Notes: generated by a model not told the origin, from the sequence alone. A stretch of 64,000 bases of DNA from Octopus vulgaris (GCA_951406725.2 OX597814.1:135470001-135534000), one strand, 5' to 3'. Numbered from the stretch's first letter, positions 27,340-40,275 are shown. Program-made: numbers and translations.

Positions 27340-28865
27340 ACAAATTAAGAAATGGTGTTAAACGCAGATGTTATTAAAATCTTTATACTTCCGACATGTT
27401 TCGAAGAAAACATTGGTATTATTCCTGAGGGAATAAAATGATGTAAAACAATATAGTCATCTTGTCAGGGAAGGAACGCTGGCAAGTTATTTTAAAAAAA
27501 AAACTGTTAACAGATTTAATGTCAAAGGCAATTTAGAGAAAGAGGAGGAGAAAGAAAGAAATTAACAGAAAATTACAAGTGGAGAAATATAATGTGATTG
27601 ATGAGTGGAAATAAAGCTTAAAGGCATGTAAATAGATACATGTAGTGGAAACAGAATGTAAGAAGTCAAAAGTCAAATTTTATAGATTGGTAGAAACTAC
27701 TTATAGGCACTAAAGGTATGTTTTTACCAATGTTTGTAATGATAAACACATTCTTTAAACGTGTTTACAAGAGAATTCTCTAAGAACAGAATGAGATACT
27801 GTTCTTCGGTACAGAGTGGACAAAGGGATTTACCTTTATCATATGGAAAGGATCTAGATAGAATATTCCATTCCAAACCAAATTGTTTGTTATGTTCCTT
27901 TAGAGACCAAATTAACTTACTAAGCTCAGTATTGTTGCATTTATTGATATGTCTAAAGGTAGAGTAATGGTTAGGTATTCTTTTGGACAACAGAGATGAA
28001 GAACTACCTATGTAAAAAAAAAGACATCAGAACCAGAAGTAATTTTACAGCGATAAACAGGGTTTCTAGTCTTAGAATTACTGCTAAGGAAACGAATGCG
28101 ATTGGAATTTATATCAGAAATACTAATATTGCTGTTATTATTGTTCAAAGAATGGTTAGTGTTAATATCAATGCTATTATTTTCATTAAGTGGATTTGTA
28201 TTTAACAACTGATTGTTATGCAAAGAGATGATTTGTGGAAGGTTTTTGGTGTTTGAAAACCCTATTCTAATTTGGTGTGAATTGATAATGGAATGGGATC
28301 TTGAATTTTTGGGGAAATTCTTATTTATAACTTCACAAAACTGGTAAGGGAGGTTACAGTTGATCTGCTTACCATATGGAATTATCAACCAAACAGTTTT
28401 ACTAGGATATACCTTGTTATTAGGGTACTTTCATAACATAAAAAGGGTCTTAAAGAACAGTTATCTCACTTATGCTGCAAAACTACATTTTTCGATTTAG
28501 AGTTGTTATTCGAACTAACATTTATATTGTTATTACCATTATGATGTGTTTTCATGAGCTGATTAATAGAGGCAGAATTAATGTCAATAGGGTTAATATA
28601 GGTAATTTTTTTCTTTATAGCCTGCTTTAAGTAAGGTAGAATTATAAAATTTGGCTTCATCGTTGAAGATATTAACATTGGCAGATAATCTAGAAAGTGT
28701 AAGTGAAATATTTCTAACTAAATTCCTTGTAATAGCCTTTGAATGATTACTGAAGGAGCTAATATATTTTAAATTAGTTGAGGGTTTGTGGTATGGGAAA
28801 TATGAATCATTATATAAGTTAAGGGTAATATCCTAAAGTTGACTTTAGTTATATCATTGTCGAAA
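27340..28865 (-). mobile_element. 5'-truncated Penelope-like retroelement (RT thumb, linker, GIY-YIG, 3' HHR); probably Naiad-like
   Basis: PVYRCKIT..(Y)IG; KRIPNHYSTFRH..NTELSKLIWSLK..W.IL...PY..CPLC; linker IPYGKQ...INKNFPK..IINSHQIRIGFS; flanked by TA-rich microsatellites. Confidence 0.85.
27388..27473 (-). ncRNA. Hammerhead motif in the PLE 3' region (G8A-inactivated)
   Basis: CTTCC-CTGACAA-GATGA...TCTTC-GAAA-CATG-TC-GGAAG: 5-bp stem I, ACATGT palindrome, GUC site. Confidence 0.7.
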
Positions 28866-28909
28866 ACAATATATATATGTATTGTATATATACATATGAG
28901 TATATATAT

Positions 28910-29365
28910 GTACTACGCACCACCTGCCCCAAAACAGAGATACACAGATGTAGTGCATACTTCAAACCAGTCCTATCAACATGTTATTGAAAGGGCAGCT
29001 GCTGAACAAGAATCGTTTTTGTGCATGGCACAAAAATTGTACAGCAGCTGACCTGGCTACATCAATCACACAGATGGGACTATCTCCAATACACAAGGCC
29101 ACCACAGCAAATAGACCCAAGGTGGGCACCACTGGCAACAACACAGACATCACATTGGTGCTCTTACTGAACATCAGAGGACTGTTAACAGTTAGTAACA
29201 GGACAAAAATTCCTTTCCTGAGAGACCTTGTTGCATGCAATCAAGCCTTATGCAAAGCACTCATGGAAACACACCTGAAACCAGATATAGCAAATGCAGA
29301 AGTACACATACCACAGTATGTTGTATTACGGAATGACAAAAGAGAAAGGAGTCATGCTGAAGTTG
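28910..29365 (+). mobile_element. LINE fragment: start of ORF2 apurinic endonuclease (CR1/L2/I-type)
   Basis: LLNIRGL...ALMETHL..DI.NAEV.IPQY...RND. Confidence 0.75.
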
Positions 29366-30560
29366 CTATGATGGTAGCTAAGTTACTAGTCAGGCTGTGG
29401 CCTACTCTAATTTTATTCCTAAATATTACTGCATATTTATTATTTACGTTTTAAGTGTTTATCTACTATTTTCATTAACAAGCAAATTATGTTGGATTTT
29501 AGGTGCTTGGTGAAAGGGATTACAAGCCAGATCTTATCACTATTACATGTATTGTTAGTATTGTTATATCTGGTATAGAAACTACCCTCATTGTTTGTAA
29601 GACATGTGAAATTATAGTTATGGCTATCGATTTTATTCCTATAGTTGGGTTTATCTTTCCTATCGGCCCTGTTTGTGTTATTAGGGTTATTTCTGTGTGG
29701 TTTATGTGGACTCAATGACCTGGTGTTATGGTTTTTATCAGAGTTTGTCTTTATTCTTTGGGGCTCTTTATATCTATTCTTATCAATGTGTAAGTTTGTA
29801 TTATTCTTATTATAGCTCTTATTATTTTTCAACTTATTTTTAAAATCCGTATTATTAGTATTGTTAATGTTGTTAATTTTATTGATTATCACATTATTAG
29901 TATACATGTTGTCGTTGTTTGTAATATTATTGGTAAATTGTGTATGGGACTTAACATTGTTTCTGTTGCTATTATTTTTATTGAGCTTATCTATGCTGTT
30001 CTTGTTATTGGTGTAGTTTGTAGTGATGTTTGGTGTGTGGTTAGTGTTAATGGTATTATCGTGTGGATTTCTGTTATTTAGGTTACTTGAATAGTGATTG
30101 GGGTCTAGGTATTTAACTTTTTGTTTAAATCCTGCTTTATCTAGTGCGATGTTATAGATATCCTTATGCTTATTTAAAATATGTTGGTTGGAAGAGAGGT
30201 GTGATATTCTATTGCTAATGCTATGTACTAAACCTCTCTTAATAAAGTTCGGATGGTTACTGAATGCGTTTATGTATTTGAGGTTATTGTTGGGTTTTAT
30301 ATAGGATTCGTGGAGTCCTGTGGCTAAGTTGCAGTTTGTGTCTAAGAAGTTAATGGAGTTGTGTTTCTTTTCTATAGAAATAGATAGTCCAAATCTTTTA
30401 AAGAATTTGTGTAGTTTTTTTCTTGATAAGCTCTAGTTTCCTATTTGAGGGTTTATTTATTATAAAAAGTGCTGTATAATCCACCCTTGAGTTCTGGAAA
30501 TTCATCCTATATGCATGATAGCAAATAATGCCTACCAGGTTATTTACTTTTCTCTCCAGG
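29366..30560 (-). mobile_element. Second, distinct Penelope-like RT fragment with long Asn-rich insertion
   Basis: INFLDTNCNL...YIKPNNNLKYINAFSNHP...SISNRISHLSSN...ALDKAGF, then about 190 Asn-rich codons, then KIWLVIPF..KIVDKH. Confidence 0.8.
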
Positions 30561-30795
30561 TAGTTACACTCTGTCGAGTATGCACACTGACATTACACAT
30601 CCATCAGAGCATACTGGTTTCCTTCCTTGTGAGCTTACGCATGTCCTCAGCAATCACGGCTCGTTTCACTGCCATGTAGCATGGCTGTTCGCACACATGC
30701 ATCATACAGTCTACCTTTTACTCTGAGCGAGAGGCCCTTTGTCACCAGCAGAGGTAAGAGGTCTCTTAACTTTGCCCAGGCTATTCTTATTCTAT
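30560..30795 (-). mobile_element. RTE LINE ORF2 C-terminal fragment
   Basis: RIRIAWAKLRDLLPLL..KGLSLRVKGRLYDACVRTAMLHGSET. Confidence 0.8.
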
Positions 30796-30808
30796 GTATG
30801 TATATATA

Positions 30809-30853
<45 letters not shown>

Positions 30854-31937
30854 AAAATATTCAAACACCAAGGTTTGAAATAAGATGTTACTACTCTTAA
30901 TATCATCTGTGGATAAAATTTAAAATTGATGTTATGAAAAGCAGTAACATATATGTGTGTGCGTGCATGTATGTATGTATATATATAAAATATATATAAA
31001 TTCTAAAAACAGTAAGTCGTAAGTAGAGACGAGGAGCATCTTTACTTTGTCGCGTTATGCTGAAAAAGAGCTCTTGATTACATAAATATTTCCCCTTAAT
31101 GAAAGCTCTTTTCTCCTTTGGTAGAAACAGGTGATTTTCTCCAAGGAATTTGACAGACATCCTACATTAGAGATAATTGCGTGTCCTTATGCGTAAGCGA
31201 AATGTATAAGAATCTACGAAAATCACCAAACGTGCTTAAAGAAAATTATGAGAATTTCGTAAGAGCACATTATATTAGAAACGAACATGTTTCGAGAAAA
31301 GCATCGTTGTATAGGCACAAAGATAATAGGGAAAACGAAGAGTGCTAATAGTTGGTCACATTCTGCAGTATCGAGATATCATCAGTATGTGAAAAAAAAA
31401 AAAAGTGGGTGGAGGCATTAAGGTGGACACCTACAGTCGGAAGAAGGAAAGGGGAGGACCATAGGACATTTCTGAGAACAGAATTACAGACGAACATGCA
31501 TACTATCGAGAACACAAGACTGTCGGCGATGCAGTAACATGTGCAGGATGGATTGTCTATAAAATAGACATTCACTCTGCCATGAAGGAAGGAAGGTAAC
31601 TATGTGGTCGCTTGATCTGCTAGAAATAGCTGCAAGACTTTCTTTAAGTCTTAATGCACTGTTAAAAAAAAAAAAAAAAAAGGTGGGGGGACTGGATAAT
31701 ATAGTTATAAATGACTGAGTTCTTAAATAAATTTCGTTAAAGGTAATCATCAAACAATCTTGTTTCTAATCCTTAATAAGCTTTATTAAAACTCCGAACG
31801 GAAATACAGAGACATCAATAAAGTGATTAATCAAAATGCTAACAAGCAGCTTGTCTGGCTTAGACGATAAACGAACTCCGGAGAGGTCACTTGTCCTTTA
31901 GCACAAGGATATTTTAGAAGGATCTTAAATACCTTCA

Positions 31938-31988
<51 letters not shown>

Positions 31989-33430
31989 GTGCGTGAGTCG
32001 TCTAAGGGTCCATAAGTCATCGAAGATTATGTTTATTAGTTTGTTAAATTATAGCGTACAAATTACGATAGGAATTTTATACCCTTGCCAATCTATCGTG
32101 CATTTCAGACTATACGGCTATATGTATATGAGAGAAAAGAATACCAAGTTAGAATGTCTGTGTCTTTCACAAGGACATGATCGATTAATGTGTTTGGTTA
32201 TATAATGCTTGGAACGGGCAAAGCAAGATGAAGATAGCGTAACAAGAGATTACTACTGCCATTCATCAAAAATCCTTAAAATTCTTATATACATACATAT
32301 ATTTCTCTCTCGCTCTAGTTGTTTACAAATGTATAACTATTTTAACATATAAGGCTAATATTTCGAAAGCATCTGCACAAAATTGAAAAGTTGGAAAGTA
32401 AATACAGTTTAAAATATTGATCCCAAAATCCACTTTTTTAAAAATTTAAAGATAGACTCTGCTCTGAGGTTGGCATTAAAAATAAGGCAAGAACACAGAA
32501 GAATAGAGTGTCGAAATATACAATTATTACGCCAATTTAACAAGTTTATCAATTGTCGTTTCCTAGGTAGGATGAAGAGACTGAGAGATCGTGAGGTTCA
32601 TGCGACATACGACTTTTTTAATAAAAAGCTTCAAACACACGGATAAATTAAATTTTATGTCGAGACGACATAAAATTAAATTATCAAGCATCAGGCCAGC
32701 TCTGACCAAGCAAGTTTATGATCGAGCTGTATCCAATCTTATTGAATACTAGTGTCCTTTCAATTTAAGATGGCAGTGTATGAATTGAGGAAATTTGACT
32801 GTTCCTTTCATTTATTTTTTTTTTATTGCCCACAAGGAGCTAAACATAGAAGAGTGAACGATCACAGTCTCCCATGTTGGCTCGGCCTCTTACCATTTGC
32901 CGACACAGGGAATCACTAGATTCCTTGGATTGTGCTATCTTCTATTAATAACTCTATTCACATCAAAGATGCTTTACAAGTATAGTAAATCGATGCCAGT
33001 ACTTGACTTGTACTCTTTTTGCTGACATGAATTGTGATTCAGATTTCAAATAAATGATAATTTTTTTTTATAGATAAAATTCCTCAGAGTGAGTGAGATG
33101 GGGGTTAGGTTTGTTATACGATTAACATTTTAAAGTAAACATTGTGAAACGATGATCGGAACCGGTTTGCGAACTCGGTTTCACAAGAGTTTACTTCTAC
33201 TGGTATGTACACGCATCAGTAACCACTAGATTTCATCAGAAATCGATTTCGGTTGCTATTTAGTAGTAATATTTGACATTGCCTAGGTATTATTGCAATT
33301 ATTAAAAATTAACCAATACGAAACAGAACTGAGAAATGAAGGTTCTTATGAAAATTTTTTGTACTGATATCGCTCTATTCTATTACACATGTTTAAATAG
33401 GAACCAAAACGATAAAGAATTTCGACTTAC

Positions 33431-33462
33431 TGGAAAGTGTGTTCCGATGTCCATATCCTCAT
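33431..33462 (-). CDS. PRELID3: PRELI-domain protein 3 (slowmo/PRELID3A/B homolog), coding exon 1 of 6: MRIWTSEHTF+
   Basis: ATG at 33462, 32 nt, followed by donor GTAAGT; matches the PRELID3B N-terminus MKIWTSEHVF; phase 2 joins exon 2. Confidence 0.93.
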
Positions 33463-33519
33463 GATTCGGACGAGTGGTCAGCAGCGACAGAGATGTAGGT
33501 AACGCTGAAACCACACTTG

Positions 33520-33645
33520 GCAAAATGACGCAACAGTCATGTGACCAGCTCTATTTATAAGACTAACAGTAGAGGCAAGAGGAGGGTAGCAAATAAGCAA
33601 TATCTGCTACATGTACCCTTATATATCTATATATCGATAATTTAG
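33520..33645 (-). promoter_or_regulatory. Putative PRELID3 proximal promoter
   Basis: CpG-retaining unique DNA upstream of the ATG; TGACGCAA 33526-33533, E-box GTCATGTGAC 33536-33545, TATAAAT on the minus strand 33553-33559, DRE-like TATCGATA 33632-33639. Confidence 0.45.
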
Positions 33646-34289
33646 ACTGAATTTAGGGGTATTTTCTGCATTAACTTCACATTTACTAACGGCTGACTTT
33701 TCTATAATGTTAAAGAAAGAGAAGAAAGCAGAAGACAGAGAGAGAGAGAGAGACAGAGACTGACAGACATAGAGAGATAAGCAGGGAAAGGAAAAGAGGA
33801 GGAGAGAGATTCTTTTCTATCAATGTATTCATTATTTTCGCTTTTTGCACATTGTCAAAATACATTTAGCGACCTGATGAGTTAGGGAGCCGGTTTCCCT
33901 TCCTGATTGTCACTAATACTCTTCATTTGTATTGTTAATGCACGTGTTTCCACCGATGTCTACTTTACCTTCTATCCTTTCGAGATCAATAAAATAAGAA
34001 CCAGTCAAGTACTGAGGCTGATATTATCAACCAGCCCCTAACCCCAAAATAATTTCAGGCCTTGTGCCTATAGTAGAAAGGATTGTTTAATGCACGTGAA
34101 AAAGGTATGAATATTGCGTAATCTAATCACGTTTCTTCTGTATGTGAAACCAAATTAGCTGCACTATTTACCTACAAACAGCATACCCACACACTACCCA
34201 CATCCACGTGTGTAAGAGCTTCTTCCTACTTGTTCAACTTGTTTAGCAGGGAAACCAAAATCTTTCTCAAAATAGAAACCATTCCGTCT

Positions 34290-35025
34290 TACGATTCTTG
34301 TTTTAAAAACAAACATTCAGAATCAGATTGGTCTCCTTGTTTAAGTTGGTAAATGCTGTCATAATCCTTACCTTCAGTTCATCTTTGCTGTCACAAGGAG
34401 TTTTGTTGGTTCTCTTGCTCAACTGCACCTCAAATAATAATCAAGGGGGTTGCAGTCTGGGGAGTTAGCTGGCTAGATGTTAAGGGTGATGTGATCGCAG
34501 AAATTGTCAGACAGCCACGACTGGGTTCACCTGCACGTGTGCCATTGTACAGAGTCCTGTTGCCAGACATAGGGTCTTCCAGCAGCCACCCTCTTGACCC
34601 AGAGCAGTACTACCTCCTCCAGGCACTTGATGTAGGCCTCCGTGTTGAGTCCGAGGTTGTGTGAGAAGATGAATTGAGGCATGACATCACCATCACTAGT
34701 GATCACTCCAAACACCATGGTGTTGACTGGATGTTTGGTTTTTATCACTCTCAGTACATGCCCTCAGATGCACTATCCTCAGATTTACACCCAAACACTC
34801 TGAAATATTTGTATTGGAGCTTCCAGTGCAAATGCTAAGCATTACAGCATGTCATTTCCAAATTTCTGGCAGAGTGAATTGCGTCATGGTGCTGTTTTTC
34901 TCACAGATGGTGCTCAACTGACCCTACTATATACAGTGTAGTTGACAAAATCAAAAATAAATAATGCACAGTGTGTGAAATTATAAATATAAAATGGCGA
35001 CAATTTTCCCATCTCACCCTGTGTA
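34290..35025 (-). mobile_element. Internally deleted Tc1/mariner (DD37D/maT-like) transposon
   Basis: KHPVNTMVFGVITSDG...YVWQQDS...SPDCNPLDY; TA-CACAGGGTG-like terminus near 35025. Confidence 0.75.
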
Positions 35026-35542
35026 TAATTATATGTAAAGCTAAGATCCCAGGATCCAGGTGTAGGAAGTAAGCTTTAGGCAGTCCATAGAAGGTATAAA
35101 AAAACAACTTTTGGAAACAATAGTGGTTTATTGATGTAGAAGGTTGTAAATTTTTCCCATATCGAAGTTCAATAATCTGAAAAAAGTTATTTTATAGTTC
35201 CCGGTTAGCAACTGGGGTTGCTGTGCATGGAGTATATGTGTGAGCACGCACATTTGCTTTGTACTACCAGCGTTTGACAACCTGTCTTGGTTTGTTTATG
35301 TCCCTGTAACTTAGCAGTTCATCAAAATGTACTGATCGAACAAATATTGCACTTACCAAAATGAGTATTGAGTTGATTTGTTCTACTAAACCCTACCATG
35401 AGGTGCCCCGGAATGGCTTCAGTCCAATGGCTAAAACTTGTAAAAGATAAGAGACACCTAGCTAAATATATACATGCATAAATGTTGATTACCTTACATT
35501 ATTTACAATTGACGGATATTTGTCCTCATCTTGTTTGTTGTT

Positions 35543-35588
35543 AACACAACGTTTCAGCTGATATACCCTCCAGCCTTCATCAGGTGTC
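35543..35588 (-). ncRNA. Minimal type I hammerhead ribozyme, intact core
   Basis: GACAC-CTGATGA-A-GGCTG-GAGGGTATAT-CAGCT-GAAA-CG-TT-GTGTT; AACGTT palindrome. Confidence 0.75.
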
Positions 35589-35841
35589 TTGGGGAAATTT
35601 CGAACTTGTGTTCTCATTCTTAAGGTATTTTTCGATGTTGTTATTATTATTCTTATTATTCAGGTCTCTGCCTGGAATCAAACTCAGGATCTTGGGGTTA
35701 GGAGCCTGCGCTCTTAACCACTATGTCATATTCCCACAGGCATATCACGTAGTGGTTAAGACCTGAATAAAAATAATAATAATAATAACAACATCAAAAA
35801 ATGCCTTAGGAATGAGAACCCAGGTTCGAAATTTCCCCCAA

Positions 35842-35885
35842 GACACCTGATGAAGGCTGGAGGGTATATCAGCCGAAACATGTTA
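35842..35885 (+). ncRNA. Minimal type I hammerhead, second copy (stem I/III partly deleted)
   Basis: GACAC-CTGATGA-A-GGCTG..CAGCC-GAAA-CATGTT. Confidence 0.65.
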
Positions 35886-37504
35886 ACAACAAATAAGATG
35901 AGGACAAATATCCGTCAATTGTAAATAATGTACATAATTCCTCATGTCTTAAACATAGAACTGTTGATTGCCTTATCTTGTCAAACGATAACCATATAAC
36001 TTTAATTAAGCTACACACAAAAAAATTAATAGAGACCCAGAATGTGTTAGTGAAAGATTTATTTAGTTGAACATATGAGGGCAACAACTGCCAGTCAACT
36101 CCTGCTTTGTAGAAGCCTGCTTAACCAGGAGTCAAATTCACCACAGACCAGCTCCCTAGCTAGCCTGCAGCAAAGTTCCTGTCTACAGTTCATCTGTCAT
36201 AAATCCTTAGGCAGTACCCTACAACTGTCTCAAGTGAGACATCTGTACTTCACTGGGTTTAAGTGAGAAAAGCTTATACAACATTTCTGTCACTCTCTTA
36301 GTTGCCAAAGCAGGTTCCAGAGACAAACATTGCAAGATGACTGGTACTATTTTCGCTGTAAGTTTTAAGTCAGAGTATCTTTATTCTAGAAGAGCTGCCT
36401 TTCTTACCGCTTTGTCAAAAGCCCTGGGAGATCTATTTAACCCATAGATGAAACCCTGACTGGTATTACCATTTTGGAGGCTCAGAATGGATCTGGGAGA
36501 AATGGTAATTAAGGATAACTCTACTCTTCTTTTAAATCCAGAACTCCCAAACTTAGAGCCCACCTCATGCATACATACATACATACATACATACATACAT
36601 ACATACATGCATGCATACCTACATACATACATAGTATGTATGACACACGTCCTAAGTACCAATCTTATAATAATTCTGCTTGTCATTGCATTACTTAGCC
36701 CATCGGCAATTCTTTCATGTGGTTAGAAAAAAAGAGGGAGAGAGAAATGTCCATGACATGAGGTAGAGAGAATGTAATTGTAATGCTTTCACATGATTAG
36801 TTGAAGCGAAAGGGAGGAGAAAGAAAAAGGAGAGAGAAAAAGAGGATAAGGTGAATAATGAGACAGAAAGAGGGAGAGGGAAGTGACCATGATGCAAGGT
36901 AGGGGGGAATGTAATATTTATTATGTAGTCAAAAAACTTAGTTGAATGTAGAGGAGGAAAGTTAAAAACATAATTTGAGTAGAGGGGTGATGTTCTGATG
37001 GTGAGATTAAAGAAAGGCAGAGAGGGAAAGAGAGAGATAGGAGGGAGATGATGGTGGTGGTGGAGATGGTGATTGGATAGTGAAAAGTGTATTTTTAAAA
37101 AATTAAACAAAGGTTTTTATATCACCAATCACTTAATGCATGCGCATAAGTGCAATTCTTTGAAATAATCATGCTTATTTACACGACAGGTATATGTAAT
37201 TTAACTAAAGATTTTATCATATGTATGGGATTTTTTTTTTGTTTATGGGGGAAATGGGAAAATAAGAGTGAATATTTATTTTATGAGTGCTGTGTATCAA
37301 GTTTATAAAATATATAGGCAGTATATATAAAGTGCATTAAGTAATCATTGTATTCTAATTTCCTTCACTTTTCAATGAGTAGCAGACTATCTTTTGACAC
37401 AGACATAACACAGGCTACGCTTTCAGATTTTTTGGATAAAGTTTTCAGAAATAACCCAATAGGTTTACCATTAATTTTGTGAAATATTCACTGGTTCTGC
37501 TAGT

Positions 37505-38215
37505 CTTAAGAAACTAAGCTTCTCAAAACCAGAAAGGAGAAAGCTGATTCAAAGACCACAGATTCAAGCCAAATATGTATTCTCATATGCATGAGAATAC
37601 ACATATAAAACAAGCATACAAGTCTGTACATGCACTGACTCCAAATACTGCACGTATACAAACATACATGCAAAAATATCCTGCTGATGTTGAAATTCCA
37701 ATGAAGAAGCCTTGGATCTAGGTTTCTACAAGTTAACATGCAACACATTATATAATGGTATGCAAGATTTCGTAATGAACCAAGAGAGACTTTATATCCA
37801 CTCAGCTAAAGAGTTACATATGTAGTCGCAAGCAAACATAACTACCCTCTCAGCCCTCCCACCCTTGAGCCAGTGGAATAATAAGAATGTGTCAGCTGGA
37901 GGAAGAGAGGACTACACCAGCATTTGGTTGGTACTCAATTTTTATAAAAATTTGTAAAACTTTCCAGAAGTTTATTATTTAAGTATATATGCACATGTCT
38001 AAACATGCAACTATATGCATGAGAATACATATATAAAACAAGCATACAAGTCTGTAATTGCACTGACTTCAAATACTGCACATATACAAACATGCATGCA
38101 AAAATATCCTGCTGATGTTGAAATTCCAATGAAGAAGCCTTGGATCTAGGTTAAGACTGGCTCTTCTCTATTGGCAAGAAATTTTGAAATAAAACATGAC
38201 ATACATACACATATA
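37505..38215 (+). mobile_element. R4/Dong-like non-LTR 3' end, interrupted by a templated duplication
   Basis: Similar to 39790-39960 and 40138-40265; ends in a CATA repeat. Confidence 0.6.
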
Positions 38216-39544
38216 TCTATAAAAAGAAAGAGTTATTGTCACTTGCAAGAGAGATAAGTTGGTAACAAACTATGCTTTCATTAACTGAGGTGTAGCGAGA
38301 TCAATTTCTATCATGACAACTAGCCTTTTATATGCTCCACATGCTAATCTTTAATGATTGTTCGACCTATAATGTGAGTTTGGAACATTTGGTTGAGTCT
38401 TGTATTTTGATTGGTTGAGTATTGCATGGGATATGAATCTCAGATCCAATCATGTTGTGCATAATACATTCTAGAATAACTAATCTGAATCATTGTTGGA
38501 GCCTATGTCTGCCTATATATTGAGTTAACAAAACCTCAATAACTGAAAGGTGAGAAGATTCCAGGGGGACGAGTCATGATATTTTCCTGCTGTTATAATG
38601 AAGAACATGTAACCAATGACAGCCAGAGCTGAATTATCCAAATGATAGATGAACTATACAACCACCAGAATCCATGATGTGTTTATTTGGTCCACTGTAT
38701 AATTTAGCAGAGGAATAAAGTCTTGCTGTTATTTTAAAGTTTATTTCTTGTATGATTTCTACAAGTTAACATGCAACACATTATATAATGGTATGCAAGA
38801 TTTTGTAATGAACCAAGAGAGACTTTATATCCAATCAGCTAAAGAGGTACATATGTAGTTGCAAGCAGACATAACTACTCTCTCAGCCCTCCCACCCTTG
38901 AGCCAGTGGAATAATAACAATGTGTCAGCTGGAGGAAGAGAGGACTGCACCAGCATTTGGTTGGTACTCAATTCATCTGAGAAATCTGGAACACTGTAAA
39001 ATGAAGTGCATTGCCCTGTGCCATAATGCACTGCCTAGACCAGTAATTGAACCTGCAACTTTATGATTACGAGCCCAGTTGCCACATACTTACGAGTGCA
39101 TGCATACATACATACACACATACATATATACATGCATACATACATACATGTGATGGTAATTTCTTGTAGTTTGAGAAAGACGGTTCTACAATTTCTTGCT
39201 GAAAAACCAGCACAAATGATTTGTTTATAGTGATCAAATGCATGAGCTGAACATTAGCACACTCCCTCCATCAAATCGACATTGCCTGAACAGGTGCACA
39301 ATGTTCCACACATCGAGTGTTGAAGTGGTCACAGAGCAATGGGAGATAAAGTGTTTTGGCCAAGAACACAACACAACATCCAAGCCAGGAACTGAAACCA
39401 CAACCTCGTGATCATTGAGTGCAACACCCTAAACATTAGGCCATATCTGTCGGAAGGATAACCCGCAAGGACAAAGAAATAAGAACCCACTGTAGGGTGG
39501 AAGCCATAGCACTCATAATAAAAAGGAGTACTGGTGGAATGTTC

Positions 39545-40275
39545 TAGTGAAAACCTCAATAAAATTTAAACACAAAAGACCTGACATAATGATTAGGGAT
39601 CGCAAAGAGAAACTGTGTACTGTTGTAGAAATCAGCTGCCTAGCAGATGATAACATAAAGCTAAAGATCAGCAATAAAAAGAATACCTATGCTGAACTAT
39701 TGAGAAATTTACAGTTACTCTACCCAGATTACAAGTTCAGGTTTATACCTGTAATTATTGGGGCACTGGGATATGTACCTAAATACCAATCTTGAGAAAT
39801 TAGGCTTCTCAAAATCACAAAGGAGAATGCTAATTCAAAGACAACAGATCCAAGCCATCACTGGAACTGTAAAACTTTCCAGAAGTTTATCATTTAAGTA
39901 TATATGAGCATGTCTAGACATGCAATTATATGAATGAGACTACAAATCTGCACACATACATATGTCATCATCATCATCATCGTTTAACGTCCGTTTTCCA
40001 TGCTAGCATGGGTTGGATGGTTCAACTGGGGTCTGGGAAGCCAGGAGGCTGCACCAGGCCCAGTCTGATCTGGCAGTGTTTCTACAGCTGGATGCCCTTC
40101 CTAACACCAACCACTCCGAGAGTGTAGTGGGTGCTTTATACAAAAATACCCTGTTGATGTTATTGAAATTCCCAAGAAGGAGCCTTGGATTTAGATTAGA
40201 AACCAGCTCTTTCTCTATTGGCATGAAATTTTGAAATAAAGCTGAATAATGACATACATACATACACACATACAT
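39545..40275 (+). mobile_element. R4/Dong-like non-LTR element 3' end (restriction-like endonuclease) with nested RTE-associated repeat (39966-40137, minus)
   Basis: KHKRPDIMIRD...VVEISC..D.NI..K...K...Y..L...IPVIIGALGYV; 3' UTR ends in (CATA)n. Confidence 0.8.

Larger units (their letters stand above)
35497..35961. mobile_element. tRNA-headed, hammerhead-carrying non-autonomous retroelement, inverted dimer
   Basis: Inverted arms about 35497-35736 and 35739-35932; 14-bp TSD TGTTGATT(A/G)CCTTA at 35483-35496 and 35962-35975. Confidence 0.8.

Noticed and set aside
33874-33905. CTGATGA upstream of PRELID3 (also at 283, 1693, 17690, 40511)
   Set aside because: No properly placed stem II plus GAAA; chance matches
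40165-40215. GAAGGAGCCT...AGATTAGAAAC in the R4-like 3' UTR (ATGAAGAAGCCT...AGGTT in the 37700 and 38129 copies) as a hammerhead
   Set aside because: No 3:8 pair, no convincing stem I, and GAAA is not retained in the other copies
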